In this document: positions 14,426 to 24,548 of the stretch, in pieces | How positions within the stretch are numbered: position 1 is the first letter of the stretch | How the letters are laid out: every line of letters starts with the position of its first letter | IMG/VR virus record: IMGVR_UViG_3300020577_010931 | Span: 1 to 64,000 of that record | Source of the DNA: a virus | Lineage: Duplodnaviria > Caudoviricetes | Length of the DNA stretch: 64,000 nt | Reading direction: 5' to 3' (one strand) | Program-made: the position numbers and the translations under genes | Notes under the pieces: model-generated | The model's database searches: none | Told to the model about the DNA's origin: nothing | What the model saw: the letters and a program-made list of their open reading frames with translations, nothing else

Positions 14426-15976
14426 ATGCCCCCCTTCTCCACCCTGACAAACGCCTCCAACGCGACCTTCGACCCGCGTTACAGCGATCTCACCAGCCAG
14501 AGACTGAACGCCAACGTCCATCCTGAGTATCTCTACGCTCAGGACGATTGGCTGACGCTGCGAGATATGTATGATGGCGAGCGCCGGGTGAAGGAGCAGA
14601 CGATCCGCTACCTCCCCAAGCTGGATGGCCAGGATTCCAGCGAGTACACCCTGTATCTGTCGAATGCTGTCTTCTTCAATGCGACGAAGCGGACGGTTCA
14701 GGGTCTCCTTGGGTCGGTGTTCCGCAAGGACCCTGTCTTCAACGAGCTCCCTCCAACGCTCACCAACTTCCCGATCTCGAAGTACGAGGAGTATCTTCCG
14801 GCCTATCTCCGCTCGGTAGCACAGGAAATCATTCACATGGGTCGCGTCGGAATTCTCGTGGATCGACCGACAACCGACTCCTCCATCGATCGCGCGAAGA
14901 CCCGCCCCTACTTCCAGACGTACAAGGCCGAGCAGATCCTCAACTGGCGTTCTCACGCTGATCCGATCTCTGGTCAATTCGTCCTAGATCAGGTTCTTCT
15001 CTACGAGACTATTGAAGAGGCCAGCCCCACCGGAATCGGCACCACCTTTTCCGCCCGCGTGCGTCTCCTGGGTCTCGACCAAAGTGGCCATTATTTCCAG
15101 GCGACGGCTCCTGCCGACAAGGCTGACGATTTCGCCAATTTCTCCAACGTCATCTATCCGAATCGCAATGGAGTCCCGTTCGACTTCATTCCGTTCTGGA
15201 TCATCAATCCCACCTCGGCCACCCCGTCAATCGAGGCCAGCCCGTTGCTGGACATCGCTCGTCTCAATGTGAAGCATTATGGAGCCTATGCTGCTCTTCA
15301 GCATGGCCGTTTCTTCACGGCGATGCCTCAGTATTGGGTCAAGGGAGCGAACGAGGAGAGCGGCAAGCCCTACATGGTCGGACCGAACAACGTCTGGCTC
15401 CTGGGTCCTGATGACGAAGCCGGTATCCTGGAGTACAGCGGCTCGGGTCTCTCTTTCCTGGAATCCGCGCTGGATATCCTGGATCGGCAGATGCAGGCTC
15501 TTGGGGCAAGGCTGATCACTCAGCAGAAGAAGATTGCTGCCCAGGCGGCCATCTCGGTTCAGCAGCAGGAGGCTGGGGAGCGAGCTTCTCTCAGCGACAT
15601 CACCTCCAACCTGAACAAGAACATGACGGACGCTGTCCGGTTCTGGATGGAATGGGAGGGATTTTCCACTGCCGCGATCCAAGCTGCCTCCATCGAATAC
15701 AATCAGGTCTTCAAGGAGCAGCAGTTCAATGCTCGAGATCTGCGTGCCCTTCAGTCTCTTTGGGTCGATCACGGCGTGCCTCTCAGCGTGCTGTTCGCCG
15801 TCTTCAAGGCGAACGACATCACTCCCAACGACATGACGTATGAGGACTTTAAGACGCTCCTCAATGATAAGAGCGAGCAGCCTCCTCCACCTCCCGTGGA
15901 AGCTGGGGGAGCTCAAGGAACCAAGCCCAAGGGTCCCTCGAAGCCGACCACCAAGCGTCCCTCGTCCGGAGCCTAA
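14426..15976 (+). CDS. Portal protein (DUF4055-type)
   Basis: YLPKLDGQ...Y..YL..AVFFNATKRTVQGL.G..FRKDP and PLLDIA.LN..HY motifs. Confidence 0.88.
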   Translation: MPPFSTLTNASNATFDPRYSDLTSQRLNANVHPEYLYAQDDWLTLRDMYDGERRVKEQTIRYLPKLDGQDSSEYTLYLSNAVFFNATKRTVQGLLGSVFRKDPVFNELPPTLTNFPISKYEEYLPAYLRSVAQEIIHMGRVGILVDRPTTDSSIDRAKTRPYFQTYKAEQILNWRSHADPISGQFVLDQVLLYETIEEASPTGIGTTFSARVRLLGLDQSGHYFQATAPADKADDFANFSNVIYPNRNGVPFDFIPFWIINPTSATPSIEASPLLDIARLNVKHYGAYAALQHGRFFTAMPQYWVKGANEESGKPYMVGPNNVWLLGPDDEAGILEYSGSGLSFLESALDILDRQMQALGARLITQQKKIAAQAAISVQQQEAGERASLSDITSNLNKNMTDAVRFWMEWEGFSTAAIQAASIEYNQVFKEQQFNARDLRALQSLWVDHGVPLSVLFAVFKANDITPNDMTYEDFKTLLNDKSEQPPPPPVEAGGAQGTKPKGPSKPTTKRPSSGA

Positions 15977-16205
15977 CCTCCCCATCGATCACCAACTTCC
16001 CACTAGCCCCCGGCCGTCAGGTGAGCTACCATGGCTAATAGACGGCCCCCCTCCCCGACACCTACGACGCTATCAACGCTGATAGCGAAGTTCCAAGAAG
16101 CGTTCAAACTTCGTGCATCGTCTTCCACCCGCCCATCCGCTGGCATCCATCCGGATGAAAGCCCCGAAGGGGCCATCCGAAGCAGTCAGGAGCAATCGCC
16201 CAAAG

Positions 16206-16562
16206 ATGAACCAGCCAAAGGACCCGAACAAGGTCGACCCCTGGGACACCCAATCGACGACTCTGACGGACGCGATCCCTGAAGGTGCTGACCACCGGAC
16301 TCTCAAGCCCAATGGTCAGCAGATCGCGTACAAGGTCCTGTCCCCAGAGGAACTGGCGAAGGGCTTCGTGCGTCCTCTGCGACACAGCTACGTTCACAAC
16401 GTCCCTGGATGCAGGGAAGTGACCACGATGTCCCAGAAGATCTCTGAAACCTATGCTCGCGATCCTCATTTCTACTCTGGGACATTCTGCGTCGCCTGCG
16501 GCTCCCACTTCCCTCTCGACCAGTTCGTCTGGTCCGACGACGGCACCCCTGTAGGATCCTGA
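16206..16562 (+). CDS. Conserved Zn-binding phage protein
   Basis: LSPEELAKGFVRPLR.SY.H..C..TTM...ETYARDP.FY..TFC..C..H. Confidence 0.75.
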   Translation: MNQPKDPNKVDPWDTQSTTLTDAIPEGADHRTLKPNGQQIAYKVLSPEELAKGFVRPLRHSYVHNVPGCREVTTMSQKISETYARDPHFYSGTFCVACGSHFPLDQFVWSDDGTPVGS

Positions 16563-16759
16563 TGATGCACCCCACGATGATCCCGAACGTCCGCATTCGT
16601 CAGATCGTGGACAAACATGCTGATGCTCTCTGGGAAGCAGCCTCCGGTCCCCACGGACGTGATCTGACCACCGAAGTGATGCACGAGATCTTGGGATATC
16701 CGTATTCGGAGCGGAATCTCAATCGCATTGCTGCCGATTTCGATGCCCGCTACTGCTGA
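16562..16759 (+). CDS. Hypothetical protein
   Basis: Coupled small ORF. Confidence 0.55.
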   Translation: MMHPTMIPNVRIRQIVDKHADALWEAASGPHGRDLTTEVMHEILGYPYSERNLNRIAADFDARYC

Positions 16760-17165
16760 TCCTCCCGGACGTTATGTCCCCGATCCTACCGACCCAGATG
16801 ACCCCAATTTCGGCTGTCCCCGGTTGGACGATCCCAACGCGGGTTGGGATGGGGAAGGTGACCCTCCATACAAGGATGACGGAGACCCGAATTGGCTCCG
16901 GGACGATGGTTTTCGGTCCGGTCGCTCTGAGGCATTCGCCGACGAAATCACCCTCCCCGGACCATCCATCCCTGCCACCCTCCAGGGTGTCGACGTCGGC
17001 GTCCTAGTCCAATCCGGCTACGACCTCGCTCGACGGATGCTCCACAATTTCTTCTTTCCTCCAACTCAGGCCAAGGAAGATGATCCTCAACGACCTTCAG
17101 CTCCAGATCACGATGAAATGGCGCCAGAGATTCGTAGAGGCTCTACCGAATTTTACGAAAGCTGA
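16743..17165 (+). CDS. D/P-rich hypothetical protein
   Basis: Overlapping small-ORF run. Confidence 0.45.
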   Translation: MPATADPPGRYVPDPTDPDDPNFGCPRLDDPNAGWDGEGDPPYKDDGDPNWLRDDGFRSGRSEAFADEITLPGPSIPATLQGVDVGVLVQSGYDLARRMLHNFFFPPTQAKEDDPQRPSAPDHDEMAPEIRRGSTEFYES

Positions 17166-17382
17166 TAGTCACTACGAAATTCCCTGGGTCGCTCACGCGC
17201 AACGTCAGACGATCGAGTCCCAGATTGCCGAATTTGATCAAGATATCGAGGACTACAAGAAACGTATCTCCCATCTCATAGCACCTCCCCCGGCTCCACC
17301 GTCAGAGGCCTCCTATGACGAAATCGCCTACGACCACGTTGTCGCAGCCGAGACATTCTCAGGCAAACTACCGGGGTCCTGA
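17080..17382 (+). CDS. Hypothetical protein
   Basis: AAGGAAG upstream; helical composition. Confidence 0.6.
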   Translation: MILNDLQLQITMKWRQRFVEALPNFTKADSHYEIPWVAHAQRQTIESQIAEFDQDIEDYKKRISHLIAPPPAPPSEASYDEIAYDHVVAAETFSGKLPGS

Positions 17383-17392
17383 GGGTCGCATT

Positions 17393-17578
17393 GTGAACCA
17401 CGATCAGTATCTGCAGTTGAAGCAGAATCTGATCGACTTTCGCCGAAGACTAGCAGACCTCCCAAGATCAGCACCAGACTGGGAACGTCTCCTCGTTCAA
17501 AACGAAATCCGAGATCTGGAGAACTCAATCAAGGACTATCGCTCCAGATTCACAACAATCAAGGGAGATAGGAAATGA
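17393..17578 (+). CDS. Small coiled-coil protein
   Basis: GAGG then GTG at 17393; ATGA coupling. Confidence 0.6.
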   Translation: MNHDQYLQLKQNLIDFRRRLADLPRSAPDWERLLVQNEIRDLENSIKDYRSRFTTIKGDRK

Positions 17579-17916
17579 CCACCTCCGATACCACACCACG
17601 GGACATCATTGTTCTCGAAGGTGCTGGTCGGAAGAAGAGGAAGTCCAAGACCAAGCGGATCTTCACTCGAAAGCATCCGGACCGTCCCAGCCGTATCGAC
17701 TTCAAGACGATGACGCCCGAACAGCGACAGGAGCATGAGCGTCAGAGGAAGCACGAGAACTATCTCAGGATCAAGAGCCAGTACACCCTGGATCTCGATT
17801 TTGACCCTCACAAGGATCCTGGGGTGCCGGACCCGTTCTGTTCTTCTGGGGAGGATCGTCAGTTCTACAATCTCGGTGACGGTTGCCGTCACATCACCTA
17901 TCCTCACTCAGGTTGA
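17575..17916 (+). CDS. Basic hypothetical protein
   Basis: RBS AGGGAG, coupled. Confidence 0.65.
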   Translation: MTTSDTTPRDIIVLEGAGRKKRKSKTKRIFTRKHPDRPSRIDFKTMTPEQRQEHERQRKHENYLRIKSQYTLDLDFDPHKDPGVPDPFCSSGEDRQFYNLGDGCRHITYPHSG

Positions 17917-17919
17917 TCT

Positions 17920-18105
17920 ATGAACACCGCGATCATCTTCGCAGCTATCCTCCTTCCGTTCATCGCGACGTTGATTCTCTACAAGTTGCGATTTCTCAGT
18001 GGGAAGGTGACCATGGGACAGACTGTCGCAGAAGGTCGTCTTGTCTTCTGGGCCCTCGCTCTGTTCGTTTCGCTTCCTCTGCTTCTGAGTGTGCTCTTCC
18101 TATGA
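17920..18105 (+). CDS. Two-TM small membrane protein
   Basis: Two hydrophobic segments. Confidence 0.6.
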   Translation: MNTAIIFAAILLPFIATLILYKLRFLSGKVTMGQTVAEGRLVFWALALFVSLPLLLSVLFL

Positions 18106-18356
18106 CCGATATCGCCAACGCCCCTCTCCCGATCCCCATGAAGGCGTTGCCGGAATGGAAGAGAATTTCTATGCAGCCTCATTTCATCCAGGCGTGCGAA
18201 GAATATGTGAAATGGTATGAGGTCAATAAGAATTCGATCAAGCCACCGCCTCACAAGATCAAGAAGATCATGGATATGATCCATATGGTCGCTGAGATGA
18301 AGAGGATGGAAGATGCTCTGGAAACCCCGACCCAGGACGGAAATCTCCAGAACTGA
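18102..18356 (+). CDS. Hypothetical protein
   Basis: ATGA coupling at 18102. Confidence 0.6.
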   Translation: MTDIANAPLPIPMKALPEWKRISMQPHFIQACEEYVKWYEVNKNSIKPPPHKIKKIMDMIHMVAEMKRMEDALETPTQDGNLQN

Positions 18357-18776
18357 CAGGGAGCACTACAGACTCTTCTCATTCGCATACAACAGTCCTA
18401 TCAACTGGAAACTTCATGTTCCATGGGCCTCGGAAGACGATGATGACGAAGAAGACTCCTCGGAAGAATCGGACTCCATGGAAAGAGACCCCTTCGACGG
18501 ACCAATCTCCGGCTCCTGTTGAACGAGTCCTTCCTGATCGCTGGCCGTACAAGCCTCTGGAGCCGTTGAACATCACTCGTGGTCCTATCGATCCATTTAC
18601 TCCCACGCGACCGATGGATCTCGATCAAAGGGACGACGAGGCTCGTCAACCAGTCAAGCCATGGAAGGACCCGGACTGATGAAATTCGCTGAAGCCTGCC
18701 GTGCCTGGGCCGATCATTACTTTGAGACAGTCATCTGGCCCATCTACTGTCGCCACGAATGGATTCAGGAAAGATT

Positions 18777-18944
18777 ATGGATCAGAGCACCCCAACACGG
18801 GCTGAATTCGAAGCTCTTGAACGTCGAGTCAAGTTCCTCGAGGAACGGATTGCGATCCTTACTCCTGACAAGCGTATCCGACAGGAGCCCAAGCCCTTTC
18901 GACCGACAGGACCTGGGTCTCTCAAGCCTCTGAAGGATCGCTGA
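18777..18944 (+). CDS. Small coiled-coil protein
   Basis: AGGAAAG then ATG; coupled to next ORF. Confidence 0.5.
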   Translation: MDQSTPTRAEFEALERRVKFLEERIAILTPDKRIRQEPKPFRPTGPGSLKPLKDR

Positions 18945-19189
18945 TGGGACACTACGACGACTGCTACGAGTTCGATGCTCGCCAGGAAGCTCTTCGAAAG
19001 ATGGGACTCCTGGAGAAGAAGCGTGCTGAAGGGAAACCTGTCCGGCATGAAGAGAATCAGCTCGAGAAGACGATTCGACGCGTTGCCCGCATCGAGAAGA
19101 TCCTGGGTCTCGGTCCGATCTCTGATTTCAAGACTGACGAGGAACTCAGCGCAGAGATCGAGCAACTGAGGAGAAGAGCCAACCCATGA
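18944..19189 (+). CDS. Hypothetical protein
   Basis: TGATG coupling. Confidence 0.6.
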   Translation: MGHYDDCYEFDARQEALRKMGLLEKKRAEGKPVRHEENQLEKTIRRVARIEKILGLGPISDFKTDEELSAEIEQLRRRANP

Positions 19190-19192
19190 CCA

Positions 19193-19690
19193 ATGAGATC
19201 AGAGACCATGGTACCTGAAAGAAGCGACGACGACCCAGGTCCAATCATCCCATCAATCAAAGGCCGTTCAACGATGTCCTTCCCCGAAGATCTCCCTCCC
19301 ATGACTCATTCTCAGTTCACAGATTTCGTCAATCAACTCAATCGTCGTGTCGCGACTTTGGAGGCCGCGATTCTGCATCCCAACGATCCAGAAGCGATCA
19401 AAATGTTGGATGCGACTTTCCGTCGTCGTATCGTTGAGGAAATCGAGAAGACTCTCACAACTGAGTTCATGACGAGACGATTAGGGTCGTACAGACGTCC
19501 CGATCCCTCCTCTTCCGCATCCATGCGTGATGATCTCAGACCCACGACATCCTTCTCCACCGAGCAGGTCGAACGAGCTCTCGAGGACTGGTTCGGTCCT
19601 CATGGGCTGAACAGAGATAGCCCGAACTACACAATGAACATGCAGAAAATGCGACGCGTCCTGACCAACTTCCTTGGGTCTCTTCAATGA
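19193..19690 (+). CDS. Hypothetical protein (start uncertain)
   Basis: ORF coupled to the DUF3850 gene. Confidence 0.55.
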   Translation: MRSETMVPERSDDDPGPIIPSIKGRSTMSFPEDLPPMTHSQFTDFVNQLNRRVATLEAAILHPNDPEAIKMLDATFRRRIVEEIEKTLTTEFMTRRLGSYRRPDPSSSASMRDDLRPTTSFSTEQVERALEDWFGPHGLNRDSPNYTMNMQKMRRVLTNFLGSLQ

Positions 19691-20022
19691 CCTACCCAGA
19701 CATCGCAAGACGCCGGCAGGGACGTCAGCACGAATTGAAGTGCTGGCCTGAGTTCTTCCGGGAAATTCGCGTCGGAATGAAACGATTTGAGCTCCGGCGC
19801 AATGACAGGAACTTCCAGGTCGGAGATGTCTTGTATCTTCGTGAGTGGGATCCGTCCACCTCGAAGTACTCAGGTCATGAATGTCTCGTAGATGTGATGT
19901 ACATCATCGATGACAGCACTCCATGCGCCGTGTCAGACATGGGTCTTCAGCCCGGCTTCTGCATTATGAGCATTGGCCGTCCCTTCCTCTACACGACGAG
20001 AACGTTCGACGAGCTATCTTAG
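19687..20022 (+). CDS. DUF3850 / ASCH-PUA domain protein
   Basis: HELKCWPEFF...G.KRFELR.NDRNFQVGD.L.LREW. Confidence 0.85.
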   Translation: MTYPDIARRRQGRQHELKCWPEFFREIRVGMKRFELRRNDRNFQVGDVLYLREWDPSTSKYSGHECLVDVMYIIDDSTPCAVSDMGLQPGFCIMSIGRPFLYTTRTFDELS

Positions 20023-20079
20023 GTTGTCCCTGATCCTCGCCCCCGCTATAATAGGTCTTCACACCAGCGGGGGCGATCT

Positions 20080-20520
20080 ATGAGAAACGATTCCCAGGAC
20101 ATCTATAGCGTGATGGCTCGTATCCATGGCTATCCCGGCATGGTCGGTCTTATCAGCCCTGTGGGAGGTCAAATCTACTATCCCTCAGTTGCGGCCGCCT
20201 GTATTCAACTTCCAGAGCCTATTGTCCCTGACTATCTTGAAGGAGGTCGAGGGATCGAGTATTACTATATCAAGCTATATCTGAAAGCCAATCCTATCCA
20301 ACATACGAAAAGGACGGTGCGCCAGGATTCTCTCCTGGGTCACACCGCCCTTTCGCCGATCAACGTATATTCAATGGACTACCGGATCGTTCGCGATTAC
20401 TGGAAAAGAAGACTATTCGCCGAACATTATGGAATGAGTTCAGGTCGTTTTTCGTCTATGGCCCCGAACTATTCAAACGCGCCGAAAACTCAGATGTCGT
20501 TATTCTCCGACCACGGGTGA
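20080..20520 (+). CDS. Hypothetical protein
   Basis: GGGGG RBS; AT-richer ORF. Confidence 0.55.
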   Translation: MRNDSQDIYSVMARIHGYPGMVGLISPVGGQIYYPSVAAACIQLPEPIVPDYLEGGRGIEYYYIKLYLKANPIQHTKRTVRQDSLLGHTALSPINVYSMDYRIVRDYWKRRLFAEHYGMSSGRFSSMAPNYSNAPKTQMSLFSDHG

Positions 20521-20660
20521 GGCTTCAGGCAGTATATGCCATTCGGCATCAGCTTGGTCATCCCATGATCTTTCCACGTCCAACCCTCGAGCTGAAGCCT
20601 TCGGCACTTGAGAAGATAGAGTATCAGGCTTCGCTCGAGTGGTAGATAGTCTTCACTCAT

Positions 20661-21530
20661 TCAGATCTCCTCACTCCATTCAGCCGCGTTTCTCGCGATC
20701 AGATCGACGAGCTGCTCCTGCGTCTGGGTCCCATCGGACCTCTGGAGAGCTTCCCCGAGGACTTTCATAGTCTCATTGGCCTCCGCAGTCACCTGGGCCA
20801 GACGATCCAGAGATTCCTGGAGGACGTCACCGAGCGTTTTCACACGCTCTTCGACCATAGCCGGCGCCGGCTCGTAATGAACATGGTGGCGACCGAAAAG
20901 CATCCAATCATCCATCCAATCCATCGAATCGTAGTGATCGTGAGACGACGAGGACGTGTAGTAATCCTCCTCGTATTCACGGTCATTGTAGTCGTCATCG
21001 TCCCCGTCGAGATACTCCTCGTAGTCTTCCTCCCAGCGACGATTCTCCAGGAACCAATCGTCCTCTTGAAGCTCCATCAGCCTCATTTCGCGCTCGAAAT
21101 CGGCCTTTTCGTCGTAAAATTCGACGATTTCGGCTCTGCAGAGCGACTTATCGAGCAGTCTACGACGCCTCGCAGCTCCCTTTTTCGCATATCTCTTCGC
21201 CTTGGGAGTCGAAACGTCGCTGTAGGAGTTCGCACAGTGTGGCGAGCTGGAGTGCGGCCATCCCACGGCCGAGAGAGCGTGTCTGTGCTTCCCCTCGTAC
21301 CGACGGATGCGGCGGAGATGCTCTTTCTTCACTTCATGAAGATTCTGCTCGATACGGACCGAGACGTGGGCTCCCCAGCGATTTTCCGGAGTCCTCGAAC
21401 CAGGGACGATTCGGGTTCTCCACCGATAACGGTGAAGCTCCTCGAATTCCTCTTCGACCTTCTCGTACTGCTCGTACATCCACGGGAACCGGATGCGGCA
21501 GACACTCTCCCTGTAGCGGGATCTCGACAT
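20661..21530 (-). CDS. Hypothetical protein with a very acidic D/E/Y/W-rich segment
   Basis: AGGAG RBS, ATG at 21530. Confidence 0.7.
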   Translation of the reverse strand: MSRSRYRESVCRIRFPWMYEQYEKVEEEFEELHRYRWRTRIVPGSRTPENRWGAHVSVRIEQNLHEVKKEHLRRIRRYEGKHRHALSAVGWPHSSSPHCANSYSDVSTPKAKRYAKKGAARRRRLLDKSLCRAEIVEFYDEKADFEREMRLMELQEDDWFLENRRWEEDYEEYLDGDDDDYNDREYEEDYYTSSSSHDHYDSMDWMDDWMLFGRHHVHYEPAPAMVEERVKTLGDVLQESLDRLAQVTAEANETMKVLGEALQRSDGTQTQEQLVDLIARNAAEWSEEI

Positions 21531-21589
21531 GATCAAAAACTCCTAAAATTGACCCATTTAGCCTTCAAAATCAGTCAAAATGACCGAAA

Positions 21590-21964
21590 TTAGGCTGTTT
21601 GGGGCGCTTTCAACGTGACCCTGTACTCGTTCCAAGCTCGCTTGAGAGCTGAAACTTGCTTCTTGCCTTTGAGGATCGATGCGACCAACTGTCGAATCTC
21701 TGGCGTATTCGCCATCCAGAGATATAGATCAGCATGGCATCGTTCTGGGGCGCAGAAGCATCCAAGGTCACGTCCTTGGAGCGCGAGAATCTTTTCCCAC
21801 AATTCAGGATGATCAAAGACCCACTCAGCGTGCTGAATAAGCACGCTCTCCCGAGACTGTACGGCCGTAATCGCATACGGATTGCCGAGAGCCGTCGGTC
21901 GCCCGACGAAACTATAGGCATTGGAGCCGATCTTATTGCGACGGACGTTCACAACCTCAGGCAC
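21590..21964 (-). CDS. DUF4326 domain protein
   Basis: VGRPTALGNPY...L.GRDLGCFCAP..CHAD. Confidence 0.85.
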   Translation of the reverse strand: MPEVVNVRRNKIGSNAYSFVGRPTALGNPYAITAVQSRESVLIQHAEWVFDHPELWEKILALQGRDLGCFCAPERCHADLYLWMANTPEIRQLVASILKGKKQVSALKRAWNEYRVTLKAPQTA

Positions 21965-22065
21965 TATTTCCTCCTGGGAACCCTGAAGATTCGTAACATA
22001 ACCACAGTAAATGGCCTGATTTCATAGAGCAAGGTCGCTTTTACCAAGATTCTGCCAATCTACAC

Positions 22066-22094
22066 TTGCACTCGCCAATTAAGAGTGCCATGTT
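22066..22094 (+). promoter_or_regulatory. Sigma70-like promoter for the scaffold gene
   Basis: TTGCAC-N17-CATGTT. Confidence 0.5.
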
Positions 22095-22175
22095 CATTCT
22101 TCTACAGCCCCTCCCTTTCCGTTGTGTCGTTGCGGGGCGCGACACTGAAAACCCGGTGGGTTAGGAGACTAAACA

Positions 22176-22976
22176 GTGCCAGAACTCTTTTATGACGATC
22201 TCAGTGCAGTTCCCGAGGGGCTGAAGGAGGTCGCGAAGCCTCAGGTCGACGCAGCCGGCAAAGAGACCGGCAAGCTGGTCGTGAACGTCGTTCCCAAGGC
22301 CAAGCTCGACGAATTCCGTGAGATGAACACCACGGTCGTCAAGGAGCGTGACGAGCTCAAGAAGAACTTCGATACCTACAAGGGTATCGTGGGCGACAAG
22401 CCCGACGACTTCCTGAAGAATCTCGATGCGCTCCGTGCCGTCGACAAGCGTGTCAAGGACGGTGAGCTCGTCGCGAACACCTCTCTGGACGAGGCGATCA
22501 ACGCTCGTACCAAGGAGATGCGTGGCGAGTACGACGGGAAGATCAAGTCCCTCGAGGAAGACCGGAACCAGTGGCGTACGAAGTGGACCGAGTCGGATAC
22601 CCGGCTTCGTCGGTTCAACATCGCGCAGCAGGTGACGGCGGCCATCCTGGACAAGGAAGTCGGTGCTCGTCCGGACGCAGCCAACGACATTCTCGAGCGC
22701 GCGTATCGCGTGTTCCGTGTCGACGACAACGGCAACATGAAGCCGTTCGACGGCGATCAGGTCATCTACGGCGCCGATGGTGCCAGCCCCATGACCCCGA
22801 AGGAGTGGCTCGGCAAGCTGAAGGAGACGGCGCCGTACTATTTCCAGGGTTCCTCGGGCGGCGGCGCTGGTGGAAATGGCGGCGGAAATCCGGGCGGTGG
22901 CCGACTGACTGCCGAGCAGATCGCGAACCTCACCCCGGAGCAGTATCGGAAGGCTCGTGCCGACAAGCTCATCTGA
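22176..22976 (+). CDS. Capsid scaffolding protein
   Basis: Coiled-coil, Gly-rich C-terminal tail, directly upstream of MCP; AGGAG RBS. Confidence 0.8.
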   Translation: MPELFYDDLSAVPEGLKEVAKPQVDAAGKETGKLVVNVVPKAKLDEFREMNTTVVKERDELKKNFDTYKGIVGDKPDDFLKNLDALRAVDKRVKDGELVANTSLDEAINARTKEMRGEYDGKIKSLEEDRNQWRTKWTESDTRLRRFNIAQQVTAAILDKEVGARPDAANDILERAYRVFRVDDNGNMKPFDGDQVIYGADGASPMTPKEWLGKLKETAPYYFQGSSGGGAGGNGGGNPGGGRLTAEQIANLTPEQYRKARADKLI

Positions 22977-22997
22977 TCCCTCCACCTACGACAGCGG

Positions 22998-23021
22998 AAC
23001 GGCTCCTTCGGGAGCCGTTTT
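22998..23021 (+). terminator. Intrinsic terminator
   Basis: AACGGCTCC-TTCG-GGAGCCGTT-TT. Confidence 0.85.
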
Positions 23022-23071
23022 CGTGCCTGGGTCACTCTAAATTTTCTAGTCCGGCTTGATTCCATTTTTGA

Positions 23072-23100
23072 TTGCACTTCTCGGACTCAGCGAGTATGAA
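23072..23100 (+). promoter_or_regulatory. Sigma70-like promoter for MCP
   Basis: TTGCAC-N17-TATGAA. Confidence 0.5.
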
Positions 23101-23218
23101 TAGAGCATCGAGGGACGGATGTCGGTGATGTTCGAACCTCCAGAGGAACCGTCGCCGGGGGCGACCTCACCTCTGTCCTGCGGGACTCTCCCATTCTCTC
23201 ATAGAGGACGAGCCGTCA

Positions 23219-24487
23219 ATGCCCGGCAATGCCATTCTCACTCCGCATATGATCGCCAACGAGGCGCTCATGCTGCTGGAGAACAACCTCGTCGTCGCGA
23301 ATCTGGTGTACCGCGACCACGAGTCGACTTTCGCGAATGCGAAGGTCGGTGATACGATCACCATTCGCAAGCCGCCGGATTTCGAGGTCACCGAGTTCGG
23401 TCGTACCACGGTCGGTGCGTCTCCTCGCGTGAACCAGTACGGTGCGACTCCGGTGGACCGTGCGTTCGCCGACGGTACCCGCACCACGCGAGCTGATGGC
23501 ACTGCGACCGGTCCGGCCGTTTCGGGCGGCACTCGCTATTCTCCTGAGATCTACATCCAGGACATCAGCGAGGGTGGCGTCCCGATGGTCCTCGACCATC
23601 ACCTGGATATCTCCGTCGGCGTCGGCCAGCGCGAGATGACCCTGGAGATGGGCGACTTCTCCCGCAAGATCATCGCCCCGGCGATGCTCCGTCTCGCGGA
23701 GAAGATCGATGCTCTGGTCTACGAGCAGGCGAAGTACATCCCGTACGTCTACAACCTGAACGGCATCAACCCGCAGGCGCTGGATACGATCGCGAAGGTC
23801 GCCCAGATCGACGCCGCGCTGATGACCCAGAAGGTTCCGATGGTCGGCCGCGTCGGCATCGTGAACCCGCTGACCAAGGCCTCGCTGATGTCCATCGACG
23901 TCTTCCACCGGGCCGATGCCCGTGGTGACGCCGGTACGGCCCTCCGCGATGCGTCTCTGGGCCGCGTCATGGGTGTCGACTGGTACGGTGCGCAGGCGAT
24001 CGCTCGTCGTGCTGCTCCGGACAACGCCGGTGCGACTGTCCAGGTCAACGGCGCCACCTCGAAGGGTGTGACGTCGCTGAGCCTCGAGGCTGCTTCGGCG
24101 GCGTACAATGCGGTCGTTGGTGACGTGCTCATCATCGGCGGCAACCAGTACATGGTGACGACCACGGTCACTGTCGCCTCCGGCGGCAATGCCACGGTCG
24201 GCATCTACCCGGCGCTCAAGACCGACGTTCTGGACAACGCCTCGGTCACCATCGTCGCGGCGCACGCGATGAACCTGGTCGGCAACTTCCAGGGCATCTC
24301 GCTGGCGGTCATCCCGCTCGACGCCCCGATGGCGGCGAACAGCGCGGTGATCCAGAACCGCGGCTTCTCGATTCGTGTGGTCTACGACTACAACATCGTG
24401 ACCAAGACGAACATTCTCTCGTTCGACGTCCTCTGCGGCTGCCGGGTCATCTACCCCGAGATGCTCGCGCGTATTGCCACCACCTGA
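23219..24487 (+). CDS. Major capsid protein (P22 coat gp5-like)
   Basis: MIANEAL.LLENNLV...VYRD...F..K.GDTITIRKP N-terminus; SFDVL.G C-terminus. Confidence 0.9.
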   Translation: MPGNAILTPHMIANEALMLLENNLVVANLVYRDHESTFANAKVGDTITIRKPPDFEVTEFGRTTVGASPRVNQYGATPVDRAFADGTRTTRADGTATGPAVSGGTRYSPEIYIQDISEGGVPMVLDHHLDISVGVGQREMTLEMGDFSRKIIAPAMLRLAEKIDALVYEQAKYIPYVYNLNGINPQALDTIAKVAQIDAALMTQKVPMVGRVGIVNPLTKASLMSIDVFHRADARGDAGTALRDASLGRVMGVDWYGAQAIARRAAPDNAGATVQVNGATSKGVTSLSLEAASAAYNAVVGDVLIIGGNQYMVTTTVTVASGGNATVGIYPALKTDVLDNASVTIVAAHAMNLVGNFQGISLAVIPLDAPMAANSAVIQNRGFSIRVVYDYNIVTKTNILSFDVLCGCRVIYPEMLARIATT

Positions 24488-24512
24488 TCCTTCTCCTGGG
24501 TCGGTGTATCGA

Positions 24513-24548
24513 AACAGCCTCGCAGAAATGCGGGGCTGTTCTCGTTTT
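24513..24548 (+). terminator. Intrinsic terminator after MCP
   Basis: AACAGCCTCGCA/TGCGGGGCTGTT then CTCGTTTT. Confidence 0.75.
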
